Source of the DNA: Candidatus Bathyarchaeota archaeon
GTDB taxonomy: Archaea > Thermoproteota > Bathyarchaeia > Bathyarchaeales > Bathycorpusculaceae
NCBI GenBank assembly: GCA_963775685.1
Contig: CAVZJV010000014.1
Location: 1,728,001 to 1,792,000 of the forward strand
DNA length: 64,000 nucleotides
Reading direction: 5' to 3'
Shown piece by piece: positions 10,668 through 20,958 of this stretch. A program made the translations under genes and the position numbers. Under the pieces are notes generated by a model. The model made no database searches and had not been told where the DNA came from. It saw nothing but the letters and a program-made list of their open reading frames with translations. Within the stretch, counting starts at the first letter, position 1. Every line of letters begins with the position of its first letter.

Positions 10668-10789
10668 TTTAAATTCCTCTTAGGATGAAAGATTAGTGGA
10701 GTACAGATTATTTAAGCATTACGTTTTTCACATATTCTTTACTAATTACGCAATAATTAGAGGTGTTTAGCACTTAATTTAAGCGTAAG

Positions 10790-11110
10790 CTAACTTTTTT
10801 CGAAGTTAGTCAATGGTGCAATATAGTACGCTGTAAAAACCCCATCGCAAACCCCGTAAATCCTCCACAAATAATCAACCGCCTCACTGAGCTCCTGTGC
10901 CGATGGAATAACCTGCTTAAAATTATCTAAACGCAAAACTTGGTCAAGTTGCCCAAATTCTTTCTTCACAATTTCATACCTCAATATGTGGGGCCCTGAC
11001 TGGAAAACAACGATGTCACCCTTCCGAGGGGTGCCTTTTCGAATATCGATTGTTTTTTTGCCCTGTTTTAGCCAGTTGAATACTTCCTTTCTTGCGTACA
11101 GAAGCGGCAA
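10790..11110 (-). CDS. ASCH/PUA-like domain protein
   Basis: WLKQGKKTIDIR..GDIVVF pattern. Confidence 0.7.
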   Translation of the reverse strand: MPLLYARKEVFNWLKQGKKTIDIRKGTPRKGDIVVFQSGPHILRYEIVKKEFGQLDQVLRLDNFKQVIPSAQELSEAVDYLWRIYGVCDGVFTAYYIAPLTNFEKS

Positions 11111-11224
11111 ATCTGAAACCTGATTTAGAGCTTAATTGCTAAAAGATAAGTATTCAGTAGAAAAGCGTATAGCCCTCACAAAATAGGAAAAAATGGGTTG
11201 AAAACGTAGAAGATTGTTGTTGGT

Positions 11225-11422
11225 TTACCCTTTGCCCTTCTCTTCTTTACCGAAGTATTTGGTCCATTTCAGTTTGCGTGCATCGCGTTTGAAGGATAAG
11301 CTGCTTTTCTTGCATTTGCTAGAATCGAACCACAGAATTGAGCCGTCGTTTTTAACGAACATCATGCCTGTGCCAGCTGGGAAATCAGCACCACAGAACG
11401 AACATTTTCTAGGTTTTGGCAT
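11225..11422 (-). CDS. rpl24e: 50S ribosomal protein L24e
   Basis: CSFCG...[11 protein letters not shown]...SSKC...LKWT. Confidence 0.96.
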   Translation of the reverse strand: MPKPRKCSFCGADFPAGTGMMFVKNDGSILWFDSSKCKKSSLSFKRDARKLKWTKYFGKEEKGKG

Positions 11423-11443
11423 GACAAATTCTCCAAGTCAGGT

Positions 11444-11662
11444 TTATCTAGTAAGTTTCTTTGCTTCTCGCTCAGTTTCTCGCAGCATCAGAATATCTTG
11501 TGCTCTCACGGGTCCTTTAACGTTTCGTGAGATGATTCTGCCTTTGTCTTTGCCTTCCATGATTCGGACGCGGACTTGTGTGATTTCTCCGGTTACGCCC
11601 GTGCGACCGATGACTTGTATGACTTCCGCGGGAATTAGTTCTTCAGCTGCTTCTTTACTCAT
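11444..11662 (-). CDS. rps28e: 30S ribosomal protein S28e
   Basis: [15 protein letters not shown]...[20 protein letters not shown]. Confidence 0.97.
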   Translation of the reverse strand: MSKEAAEELIPAEVIQVIGRTGVTGEITQVRVRIMEGKDKGRIISRNVKGPVRAQDILMLRETEREAKKLTR

Positions 11663-12042
11663 TACTGAGTTCCTCGTTTAACCTGGTCGATACGAGTGAC
11701 GATTTCTTTGAGTAGTCCTGCTGCTTCTCCTTCTCTTATGATACATGCTGCTGCGCATGGTACGTCTATGCCGATGGATTTGCCGAGTTGTTCTTTGCTT
11801 GGGACAAATACATATGGAATTTTTCTTTCGTCGCAGAGTAATGGCAGGTGTGCTATGACTTCTGGTGGATCAACATCTTCAGCAATTACAACTAGTTTTG
11901 CTTGTGACCGTTCAACAGCTTTTGTAGCTTCGTTTGTTCCTTTCCTAACTGATCCTGATTTTGAAGCAATCGTTAGGGCTTCATAGGCTGCATCTACGAT
12001 TTCTTTTGGGACTTCATATTTTACATAGAATGGTTTTGACAT
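11662..12042 (-). CDS. rpl7ae: 50S ribosomal protein L7Ae
   Basis: [22 protein letters not shown]. Confidence 0.97.
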   Translation of the reverse strand: MSKPFYVKYEVPKEIVDAAYEALTIASKSGSVRKGTNEATKAVERSQAKLVVIAEDVDPPEVIAHLPLLCDERKIPYVFVPSKEQLGKSIGIDVPCAAACIIREGEAAGLLKEIVTRIDQVKRGTQ

Positions 12043-12195
12043 ATTAGCCTCACCCTTTTAAGGCACAGTCTTATCCACACAACTTATTTAAGAAGCTTTC
12101 TGCTAAAAACCGATACTTGTACTTTCTGCTCATATAGCATCTAGAAAACTTTATATAAACTGTTACGGGTTCCTACATGCTTTTCGAGAGGGGAA

Positions 12196-12453
12196 TTGCG
12201 TTTGCAAAGATTGGGCAAGGTTTCAAATGTAACTCCATCGCGAAATATGGTGGTAAGAGCAGAAAATACCCCGAAAATTAGTTTTGAAGTTGTGGATGAA
12301 AACCTAAACGTTGTCGGAAAAGTTTTCGACATTATTGGTCCAGTGGCATCCCCTTATGCAGTGATTAAAACAACCGTTAGGGAACCTGAGAAATTAGTGA
12401 ATAAACCGGTGTACTTGCTTCTCTCGAAAACCAAACGGAGCAAAAATAGATGA
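12196..12453 (+). CDS. gar1: H/ACA RNP component Gar1
   Basis: [14 protein letters not shown]; usual position upstream of tfb. Confidence 0.85.
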   Translation: MRLQRLGKVSNVTPSRNMVVRAENTPKISFEVVDENLNVVGKVFDIIGPVASPYAVIKTTVREPEKLVNKPVYLLLSKTKRSKNR

Positions 12454-13424
12454 TAAGAGCTAGCAAGTTACATGAACAAACAAATCAAGACCAAACTGCA
12501 CCAAAAGCAGAACCAGCCAAAGTTCAGGCATGCCCTGAATGCGGCAGCACTCGACTAATGCGTGACTATGAATGCGCCGAAATAGTATGCATGGACTGCG
12601 GTTTCGTGGTTGCAGCCAAAATAGCTGACCGAGGTCCCGAATGGCGAGCTTTTGATGATGAGCAAAGGTCAAAGAGAACCCGTGTTGGAGCTCCCCTGAC
12701 ATATACAATCCATGATAAAGGATTGTCAACAACAATCGACTGGCATGACCGAGACATCTACGGTAAAAGTCTCTCGCCAGGACAGAAAGCACAGGTTTAC
12801 AGGCTCAGGAAATGGCAGCGACGCATCAGAGTTTCAGACGCAACAGAGAGGAATCTGGCGTTTGCTCTATCCGAAATCACCAAGATTTCCAATAACCTAA
12901 ACCTACCAAAGAGTATTCTTGAAACCGCCTCAGTTATTTACCGTAAAGCAGTAAAAGAACGCCTAATACGCGGTAGGTCAATTCAGGGCGTCACCTCAGC
13001 AGCGCTCTATTTAGCGTGCAGGCAATGTGGCTTACCCCGAACTTTGGACGAAATCTCACAGGCATCAACAGTTAACAAGAAAGAAGTTGGACGAAGCTAC
13101 CGTTTCCTAATCAGAGAACTAAACTATTCCATCCCACCCCTACGACCAAGCCAATACATAACAAAGTTCTCCAACCAACTCACCATGCAGGGAAAAGTTG
13201 AAGAAATCGCTCATAAAATTTTAGCTTCAGCAAAAGAACTCAAACTCACTTCAGGCAGAGGACCAACAGGCATAGCAGCTGCAGCAAGCTATGTGGCATC
13301 CGTTTTAACCGGTGAACGCAAGACACAAAGAGAAATCGCAGAAATCGCACAAGTGACTGAGGTAACTATTCGGAACAGGTACAAAGAGCTCGCTGAACGT
13401 TTACTGTTCCAAATAAGCATCTAA
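12450..13424 (+). CDS. tfb: Transcription initiation factor IIB
   Basis: Zn ribbon CPEC..CMDCG, GPEWRAF, two cyclin repeats, [13 protein letters not shown]. Confidence 0.97.
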   Translation: MIRASKLHEQTNQDQTAPKAEPAKVQACPECGSTRLMRDYECAEIVCMDCGFVVAAKIADRGPEWRAFDDEQRSKRTRVGAPLTYTIHDKGLSTTIDWHDRDIYGKSLSPGQKAQVYRLRKWQRRIRVSDATERNLAFALSEITKISNNLNLPKSILETASVIYRKAVKERLIRGRSIQGVTSAALYLACRQCGLPRTLDEISQASTVNKKEVGRSYRFLIRELNYSIPPLRPSQYITKFSNQLTMQGKVEEIAHKILASAKELKLTSGRGPTGIAAAASYVASVLTGERKTQREIAEIAQVTEVTIRNRYKELAERLLFQISI

Positions 13425-13460
13425 ACGTTCATCTTTCTTTCTTTTTTTAAGGCTCCAACC

Positions 13461-13743
13461 ATGTGGCTGATTTCAACAAAATTTTAAAGTAGACAAAATT
13501 GTAGAGTTGCTTGCTAAACACGGAGAAATCCAGGCGGCCTTAAGCAAAATCTGCAATCGCCATCAGAAGCTGGAAATGTTTGATTCAAAGTTTTTTTCTA
13601 AACAGCCTTGATACCCTAAAGAGAGATGTTCGGACGAGGGCCAGCGACCTTGAAGTTGAGGTGAAGCGACTGTGAGAGAACAAAGAGCTATTCGAGAGCT
13701 TTTAGGCTTGAACTTGGACAAACGTTGTCAAGGCAAAACTTGA
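13461..13743 (+). pseudogene. Decayed small coiled-coil protein gene
   Basis: Protein-like fragments KIVELLAKHGEIQAALSK and TLKRDVRTRASDLEVEVKRL*, broken by stops and frameshifts. Confidence 0.4.
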
Positions 13744-13791
13744 TTGTGGGTAAGCAATTTTTTTAAGCATCTACGTTGCTAATGCTAACTT

Positions 13792-14406
13792 ATGCCCTAT
13801 AAATTCACCTTTGACCTCTCTAAGGTCCCACGATTCTTCTTTACCGAAATAGCCATGATTAGCTACCAGAAGGGCATGCACAAAAGTTTCCTTTCAACAC
13901 TCAACGATGTAATCCTTAAATTTAAGATTCAAGAAGCAACGGGATTAAACCTTTCAGACGCAGTTTCTTTGCTCCAGGACTTGATTGATTTGCAAGCCAT
14001 CAACAGTATGGAGAGAGGCAGATTTTTGCAAACCAAAAAAAGAGCAATTTTCTTGCCCCACTGCTCCCGAAAATTCATGGATAGCCGCTGTAAAGCAACA
14101 TTTGACCCTAACGTTCCATGCTATACATGTGCGCATTGCTCGGAAGATTGCATGGTAAACAAGGCAGACCAGTACGCTCGGAAGAAGGGTTACGACGTTT
14201 ACTTGTTGCCCGGCGGCTCCTGCATCCCGAAGATACTTAAAAACACTCGTTACGAAGGCATCGTCGGAGTGGCTTGTGGGGAAGAAATGAAAATTATGGG
14301 TCCGCTTCTTAGCGGCATGAATGTGACGGGGCAAGGTATACCATTGATTAAGAATGGTTGCGCGTGCACCGTTTTCAACATGGATACTCTACGAAAAGTT
14401 CTCTAA
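13792..14406 (+). CDS. DUF116 family Cys-rich protein
   Basis: FLPHCSR, CAHCSEDC, PGGS, GVACGEE, GC. Confidence 0.8.
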   Translation: MPYKFTFDLSKVPRFFFTEIAMISYQKGMHKSFLSTLNDVILKFKIQEATGLNLSDAVSLLQDLIDLQAINSMERGRFLQTKKRAIFLPHCSRKFMDSRCKATFDPNVPCYTCAHCSEDCMVNKADQYARKKGYDVYLLPGGSCIPKILKNTRYEGIVGVACGEEMKIMGPLLSGMNVTGQGIPLIKNGCACTVFNMDTLRKVL

Positions 14407-14576
14407 TTGCACTCTATGATTTGACTTTGAGTTTAGTTGATATCAAAATAGCTAAATTTTTCAATCACTTTAAAGGTGGTCAACTTATAGGGGCTTTATT
14501 CACTGTGAGTTAGAGAGAGAAAAACGCCTATTACCGTTTCATTTCTTAGGAAACAGAATAAAGAAAAGTAAAATTG

Positions 14577-14738
14577 CTACTTTACTAATTCTCGTTTCTT
14601 CCAGCGCAAGTTTTTGCCCTTGCACTTTCTGCATTTCAGCGCTGTTGCAGCATTGCGTGAGCCACAATCGCGGCAGATTTTCATGTGTAATCGGTGTTCC
14701 TGCGCGATGGATTTCTTTACTGGGTCTAATATTGGCAT
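14577..14738 (-). CDS. rpl40e: 50S ribosomal protein L40e
   Basis: Manual translation MPILDPVKKSIAQEHRLHMKICRDCGSRNAATALKCRKCKGKNLRWKKRELVK (53 aa, not in the ORF track). Confidence 0.95.
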   Translation of the reverse strand: MPILDPVKKSIAQEHRLHMKICRDCGSRNAATALKCRKCKGKNLRWKKRELVK

Positions 14739-14838
14739 TTTAAATTGTACCTTCCGTTTCGGCTAACTCTTTGATGGTTAGGTATCAAATATACCTTTTG
14801 TCTAAACTTGTGCGTATTCAACAGATACAAATACTCAT

Positions 14839-15306
14839 CTACTTTATTACTTCAATGGTAACGTAAGAGCGCGTGTCTTCTATTCCTTCGATGCTGTAGA
14901 GTTTCTTCAAGATTTCATCGAGGTTCTCGCGTTCAACGATAATCAATGCATCTACTTCGCCTGCTATTCGGAATGCTCTGGAGACCGCAAGTTCATGGAT
15001 TTGCTCGTAGACGTGGACGCGTTTGATGGGTGAAACTTTGAGAAGTATGAAGGCAGGTGTTGTAGAAACGCCAAGTGCGCTCAAGCCTTTTTCTGTAACG
15101 TCGATGAAACCTCTTCCTGTACGTATGTAGCCGCGATTTTTTAATTTCCTCAAGTGGACGTTTAGTGCTTGCCTGCTTACGCCCAACTGGTTTGATAGTT
15201 CGTCTTGTTTTACCCTCAGGGTGTAGGTGTTTGTGGATTTGCCTTTTTCGTAGAGGGTTTTTAAGAGTTGAATTGAACGTTTAGTTAATGGTTCCAATTT
15301 AGTCAC
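14839..15306 (-). CDS. Lrp/AsnC family transcriptional regulator
   Basis: HTH QDELSNQLGVSRQALNVHLRKL plus RAM domain IAGEVD...TRSYV. Confidence 0.85.
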   Translation of the reverse strand: MTKLEPLTKRSIQLLKTLYEKGKSTNTYTLRVKQDELSNQLGVSRQALNVHLRKLKNRGYIRTGRGFIDVTEKGLSALGVSTTPAFILLKVSPIKRVHVYEQIHELAVSRAFRIAGEVDALIIVERENLDEILKKLYSIEGIEDTRSYVTIEVIK

Positions 15307-15623
15307 TTTTGTGGTGTTTTGTTAAGTTAAACCTTTACAAATAGTTGCATACTTCCTTAATAATCTGACGCAAAAACTTAAAAGCTGATTCTAACAGGCA
15401 TACCAGAAAAAGAAGAAGACCCCTTTTCCAGGTTTGCCCGAATAGCCCTGATCACCATTTTTTTTAACAACCAAAAAACCAAGTGATAATAATTAACCAT
15501 TAACATAAAAAAAATAACCAGTTTTCTTGAGCAAGAACCCAAACCAGCACACCACAATGTATTTATTTTGAAAAAAAGCTTAAGTCAAGCCACTTAAAAG
15601 TAAACTAGGAGTGTAGCAGAACC

Positions 15624-15911
15624 GTGACAGAAAACGCCAGCGCAGTCTTAATCGGTAAAAAACCAATAATGAACTATGTCCTCGCATGCATCACATTCTT
15701 CCACGGCGGAGCAAAAGAAGTCAGCATCAAGGCACGAGGCAGGTCCATCAGCCGAGCAATCGACGTCGCCGAAGTTGTTAGACATCGATTCCTACCAGAT
15801 GCTAAAATAAAAAGCATCAGCATTGGAACAGACCAGTTCCTACCGCAAGATCAAGAAGATGGCAATACAGCAACCAACGTCAGCACCATTGAAATAACAT
15901 TGATAAGGTAA
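15624..15911 (+). CDS. albA: Chromatin protein Alba
   Basis: [34 protein letters not shown]. Confidence 0.95.
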   Translation: MTENASAVLIGKKPIMNYVLACITFFHGGAKEVSIKARGRSISRAIDVAEVVRHRFLPDAKIKSISIGTDQFLPQDQEDGNTATNVSTIEITLIR

Positions 15912-15962
15912 AATTCATGGTCTTTAGCTAAACTCCTTCTTTGCAGGAAAAACGACACACAA

Positions 15963-16472
15963 ATGAAAACAGAACTATGCAGTTTCTGCCTAAAAAGTGG
16001 CATACTATGCCAAAAATGTTCAGCCAAAGTGAAAGCTGGCGAAATCAGCGACATAGACCTGAAAATCGCACGAATACTGCTCTCCCTAGAAGAAAAGTAT
16101 CCTTCCCTGCAAAACGTCTGCTTCTACAAGGCAGTTGAGGTTGAAAAAACCTTAGCCATCCTCGTCGGACACGGAGATGTCCCTAAACTTTTAGGTTATG
16201 GCGGCAAAATCGTCAAAACCCTCGGAGACGAAACAGGCAAAAACGTCCGCGTACTCGAACATGGTGTTGACGACCGCAAATTCCTCGAAGACCTCTTTGT
16301 ACCCTTCAGCATTCTGACCATCAACACAATCTGGATTCCAGACGGAACCACCGAAACTCGGGTAATTCTTAAGAGGAAACGTGGTGCACAGCTACCCTTT
16401 GACCTTAAAGCTTTAAAGGAAATTGCCAGTAAAGTACGTAAAATGTCTCTACGCGTTGAAATTGCAGATTAA
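15963..16472 (+). CDS. Archaeal NusA-like KH protein with N-terminal Zn finger
   Basis: CSFCLKSGILCQKC, KH-like GYGGK; adjacent to aspS. Confidence 0.75.
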   Translation: MKTELCSFCLKSGILCQKCSAKVKAGEISDIDLKIARILLSLEEKYPSLQNVCFYKAVEVEKTLAILVGHGDVPKLLGYGGKIVKTLGDETGKNVRVLEHGVDDRKFLEDLFVPFSILTINTIWIPDGTTETRVILKRKRGAQLPFDLKALKEIASKVRKMSLRVEIAD

Positions 16473-16474
16473 GG

Positions 16475-17806
16475 TTGGCAAGCAGCATGAACTTGGACTC
16501 TATCGGCGACTGGATTAGAACTCACTATACAAGCCAAGTGACACCTGAAATTGACGGTCAAGAAGTTACTCTCTTTGGCTGGGTCCAAGATATCCGCGAC
16601 CTGGGTGGGATCCGCTTCATAATTCTGCAAGACCGCGAAGGAACAATCCAGTTAACCATCCCCAAAAAAAGAATTGCGCCTGAAGTTTTGGCGAAGTCTG
16701 ACCTTCTGCAAAAGAGGTTCAGTATTGGCACTTGCGGAACCGTTAAAAAAACTAACATGACGCCCAGAGGAATCGAAGTAATTCCCAGCGCAATAAAGAT
16801 TCTAAACATCGCCACCGAGCAACTTCCTATAGACATCACCGGAAAAACGCCTGCCCTCATAGAATCCCGATTAGATGCCCGACCGCTTGACCTTACGCAA
16901 GAAAAAAGCTTGGCAACATTCAAGGTTCAGCACATCGCTCTTGAAGCAATCCGCAGTTTCCTTTTCCATAAGGATTTTTTGGAGGTTCACACTCCCAGAA
17001 TCATTGCCTCTGCCACCGAAGGTGGAGCGGAATTGTTCAGTGTGGATTATTTTGGTCAAAAAGCCTACCTTGCGCAAAGTCCACAACTCTACAAAGAAGA
17101 ATTAACGTTGAGTTTTGAGAAGGTGTTTGAGGTTGGACCCTTCTTCCGAGCTGAGGAATCGCACACAAGAAGGCACCTTAGCGAATTTACCTCTGTTGAC
17201 ATTGAGGCGGCTTTTGCTAACGCGACCAATGTTATGGCACTCTTGGAACAAGTCATACACCATGTCTTTACGATTGTCAAAGAAAAGTGCGGCAGCGAAC
17301 TTGCGGTGCTCGGGTATAAGTTTGATGTGCCTCAGATTCCGTTTAAGCGATTAACTTACGACCAAGTCGTCGAAGACCTCAAAGCGCAGGATGTAACGAT
17401 TCCATGGGGCGAAGACATTCCAACTGAGGCATTTAGAGTCTTAGGCAAGCTTTACCCATTCTTCTATTTCATAACAGATTGGCCTACCCACGCAAAAGCC
17501 TTCTACATTAAACCCCGCGAAGACAAACCTGAAGTTTGCGAAGGCTTCGACTTGATGTGGCGATACATTGAACTTGTTTCTGGCGGAACAAGAATATCCC
17601 AAAAAGACCAACTGATCCAAAGGCTAAAGGAAAAAGGCTTGGATCCTGAATCGTTCAAGTGCCATCTAAAAGCCTACGATTACGGGATGCCTCCACACGC
17701 GGGATGGGGACTGGGGCTAGAGAGACTAACGATGATTTTAACTGGAAACAAGAACATCCGAGAAGTAACCTTGTATCCTAGAGATAGAGTCAGGCTAACA
17801 CCATAG
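16475..17806 (+). CDS. aspS: Aspartyl-tRNA synthetase (archaeal type, probably non-discriminating)
   Basis: GWVQDIRDLG, AQSPQLYK, FRAEES, GMPPHAGWGLGLER. Confidence 0.96.
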   Translation: MASSMNLDSIGDWIRTHYTSQVTPEIDGQEVTLFGWVQDIRDLGGIRFIILQDREGTIQLTIPKKRIAPEVLAKSDLLQKRFSIGTCGTVKKTNMTPRGIEVIPSAIKILNIATEQLPIDITGKTPALIESRLDARPLDLTQEKSLATFKVQHIALEAIRSFLFHKDFLEVHTPRIIASATEGGAELFSVDYFGQKAYLAQSPQLYKEELTLSFEKVFEVGPFFRAEESHTRRHLSEFTSVDIEAAFANATNVMALLEQVIHHVFTIVKEKCGSELAVLGYKFDVPQIPFKRLTYDQVVEDLKAQDVTIPWGEDIPTEAFRVLGKLYPFFYFITDWPTHAKAFYIKPREDKPEVCEGFDLMWRYIELVSGGTRISQKDQLIQRLKEKGLDPESFKCHLKAYDYGMPPHAGWGLGLERLTMILTGNKNIREVTLYPRDRVRLTP

Positions 17807-18044
17807 TCAAGCACACAAACACTGTTCCTTAGATGTGATTTCTTGTATGTTGCAAGTGGACATAAACATAGTTTAGGTTTTCTTCGTTGTCTGGACAGCG
17901 TTACCCAAAAATTACTGCAAAATATTTGGGTTAAGGCTAAGAATGTTATGTAACCGCACATTACCGATAACAGACTACAAAAAAGATAAAAGATAAGTTT
18001 GGACCTTATTCTATGTGGTGCTAAAATATTCTTTCAGCTTTCAT

Positions 18045-18239
18045 ATGGGTTCCTGCTCCATATTATTCCGATTTTTTAACCTGCCCAAAATGCAAATCAC
18101 AAGCAACTACAATTTCTAACTTCTGCAACTTCTGCGGCACACCTCTGCATCAACCCATTGTGTTGAAAACTGCCCAAAATGCAGTACTCGAATGGATGCT
18201 AAGGCACATTTTTGTCCAGAATGCGGTCAAAAACAATGA
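18045..18239 (+). pseudogene. Double zinc-ribbon small protein with two frameshifts
   Basis: CPKC...FCNFCG then, in a shifted frame, CPKC...FCPECGQKQ*. Confidence 0.65.
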
Positions 18240-18584
18240 CATCATAGCAATTATTGATTCTGACTGGGGGTACAGGTGGTAAACCGTAGCTAATTTTGTC
18301 ATGTAATCCTTCAAGCGAAAATTGAAGGGTCCTCCATTTAATTTTGCAGCGAGAACCAGACGAGCAAGCTTTACAAGCTTATTTTTTGAAGCTCACCCAC
18401 AAAAACTGTAAAGCGGGTCTGATGGGAAGCCAAAGTTATACATGTTTTTCTCACTTTTGTCGCCTCTTCAATATTTTTCCCGGGATAAGGATTCTAAAAG
18501 TGCAATATTTCCCGCCAACAATCCTATCTTTCTTGTATAATATCAACTATTTTCCAATATCCAATTAGACTTATAAAAAATGAT

Positions 18585-18620
18585 GTTCAGGGCGCGAATA
18601 TTTGCTACTTTGCCCTGAAC
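18585..18620 (-). terminator. Hairpin downstream of ORF 18649-18942
   Basis: GTTCAGGGC...GCCCTGAAC inverted repeat followed on the minus strand by a T-run. Confidence 0.4.
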
Positions 18621-18648
18621 AAAATCGTTAAGTGAAAGGCGGAACTGA

Positions 18649-18942
18649 CTACAGGGTTTTTGCAATTTCACTTAGTGGTTTAACTGGCCTTACTTCAACC
18701 TTCATTGGACCAAAGAATTTTTCGATTGCTTCTGGGTTCTGTGCTTCTATTGTAAAGAACCCTTTGTGGTCGACGGCTTTGTCTTGAGGGCAACTCATAT
18801 AGGCGGCTGCTAAGTTGATTCCAGCGTTCTTTATGTTCTGCTCAGAGAAAAGCTGCTTGAACATAGCTTTCCCTTCAGCACTTAAAAGCGGACATTGCGG
18901 CGCCGGATGAGAATGTGTAGCTTCATATAGCAAGAAAATCAC
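18649..18942 (-). CDS. Small hypothetical protein (possibly ferredoxin-like alpha/beta barrel)
   Basis: Strong RBS GGAGGTGA near the start; HSHPAPQCP and DHKGFFTIEA pattern. Confidence 0.65.
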   Translation of the reverse strand: MIFLLYEATHSHPAPQCPLLSAEGKAMFKQLFSEQNIKNAGINLAAAYMSCPQDKAVDHKGFFTIEAQNPEAIEKFFGPMKVEVRPVKPLSEIAKTL

Positions 18943-19043
18943 CTCCCTGTTGGAAGTTGTTCAAATAAGATGCAGTAATTTGTCTTATTAGCTTAATCTT
19001 AAACAGGCATTTAAAAGTTATTTAGGTATATTTTAGGTCGGAG

Positions 19044-19130
19044 TTATTTTCCTTGTTTTATGTTGTAAGATTCCTCTCCAAGTTGGCGCAAATCTCGTTC
19101 TTCATCAACCGACCATGGTTTACCCCTCAA
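19044..19130 (-). pseudogene. Truncated Myb/HTH-like gene remnant
   Basis: TTG-RGKPWSVDEERDLRQL then a stop after 28 codons. Confidence 0.45.
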
Positions 19131-19315
19131 CCCCAAACCCCCCACAACATTTCCAGTCTCTAAACTCAGAAGACGGCCTTAAAAATTATTGACACCAATA
19201 ATACAAAAAAACCAAAAGCAAAAGACAAACACACAAACATAGCTTTAACAAAAAGACGTAAAAAATCAAACTTTCTCTAAACACAAAAAATATTCCAGAT
19301 GCCAGTTAATAGTTG

Positions 19316-19391
19316 TGGTGCGGTTGCCGGGATTTGAACCCGAGTGTTCAGCTTGGGAAGCTGATGTCCTACCGAACTAGACTACAACCGC
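19316..19391 (-). tRNA. tRNA-Gly (CCC), intronless, CCA encoded
   Basis: GCGGTTG/CAACCGC acceptor stem, TCAGC-TTCCCAA-GCTGA anticodon arm, GGTTCAAATCC T-loop, ACCA end. Confidence 0.96.
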
Positions 19392-19470
19392 AATTGTCTC
19401 CTGCATAAGCTATCGCATAGGGATAGTTCATTTAATATAGAAACTTTGCTATCAAACCTTTTTGGTGAAG

Positions 19471-20251
19471 TTAATTTAGGATTCTTCTCGCGTCGACATT
19501 ATACCCGCAGTTGGCGAGTTCTCGAATGAGGGCAAGCTTCCAGCTATCACGGTCGTCAAAGGCGCTAACTTTAATGCCTTCAAAATCAGGGATTGCAAAG
19601 CCTTCACATTCCCTAAAGAAGACAAGAACATTGGCTTTACCGAGCGTTCCTACCAAGAAACCAAGCTCAAAAACCGCGTCCTGCTGGGACTTAAGCTTAC
19701 GTTTCGTTGGCGCTTCATTTCTGCCATAAACAAAATCGTCAGGCGACAATAAAACCACAGCAAAACCAACATCTGAGTAATCCTTGAAGTGAATTGGTTA
19801 AAGCTGCACTGATGGCCTGTTTCATTTCATTATCCGTACCCGAAACAACAAAGATTCTGTGGCGAATGTTTCCCAAAGCGGATGCTGCCGAATCGTTAGG
19901 CTGAGTGGTTTCTTTGGGTGTGAGCAAAAATTTTTCGGTGCAGAGGTAGACGCCTTTCACTTTGCTTTTCAGAATGCTTTCAATAAGGTACTTTTTGTCT
20001 TTGGCAGATACGAGGTTTTCGTAATTTGGCAGGGTTATTTTATCGGCTGTTTCGTATGACCAAAATAAGATAGCTTTGGTGACTTTCAGGGGGTTGAGGA
20101 GTCTACCTGTGAACCAGAAGGGTTGGCCAAAATTGAAGGGTGTGGCAAATGTGCGCACGAGTTCTTCTCGGGAGACGTTGAAGCGGACTCCGGACTTATC
20201 ATGCTCGGCATATTCTAAGTAGATGTGGTATTTTGGCACTTGCAAGCTCAT
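19471..20251 (-). pseudogene. TIR-like nucleotide-binding domain protein (Cap12/Pycsar-type TIR) with unknown N-terminal domain; split
   Basis: RIFVVSG ... frame switch ... DVGFAVVLLSPDD, QDAVFELGFLVG, DSWKLALIREL. Confidence 0.75.
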
Positions 20252-20312
20252 CGAGTGCTAATCAGCAACTCTTAGAACAAAAACGTTACCATTCCCAAGA
20301 CAAGAGAGTAGG

Positions 20313-20827
20313 TTACGCAGTCAAAAAGCTCCATCGGGAAATAGAACGATTCTCTACAGTTCTTAATGGCACCCTCAACAAACTATAGAGCCATAAAGGC
20401 ATCTGGGGAAACCTCTTTGTTGAAAGCCCCACCCACTTGCGAATCTAAAACCGAATCGGGCATAATAGTCCTGGTGCCCAACAACTAAAACAGAAGAGAC
20501 CCCACGCTGTTTTTGCTGTTACTAATCCAGCCGTCACCAGTTCACTGCCGACACCGCGCCTCTGGTAACTCGGATGCACAGATAAAGGAGCTAAGACAAG
20601 CGTCTGCAAGGCTTCTCCGTCCGCTTTAACTTCTATGGGGAAAAACAGGATATGCCCAATCACACGACCCTCATATTCGACGACTAAAGATAACTCTGGA
20701 ATGTACTTTGGATTTTGTCTGAACTTTTCTATTAGCTGGGATCGAAGTTGCGCCTGAATGCTAACCGTACACCCTCAAGCACCTCAGCAAAGTCAGCTTT
20801 CGTTTCCTGCCTGACTTTTATATCCAA
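20313..20827 (-). pseudogene. GNAT N-acetyltransferase (YhbS-like) pseudogene
   Basis: IKVRQETKAD, PELSLV, LAPLSVHPSYQRRGVG, GHQDYYARFG; several frameshifts and an in-frame TAG at 20383-20385. Confidence 0.8.
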
Positions 20828-20958
20828 GACAACTCCCTCCAAGAAAATGTTAGTGTTGCACTTTGGCTTAAGAAGTTTGCTTGTTCAGCATGAAGATGGA
20901 AACAAAATCGTTATGAGACAGTTGCTTACTAATTTAGCGTGCAAGGAGAACCCTGTCT

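Noticed and set aside
12043-12095. K-turn autoregulatory element in the rpl7ae leader
   Set aside because: A short hairpin overlaps the RBS but I could not place convincing tandem G-A pairs by eye
13425-13790. Possible ncRNA (RNase P, SRP, C/D guide) after tfb
   Set aside because: Not GC-rich, no recognisable conserved boxes; reads better as a decayed coding sequence
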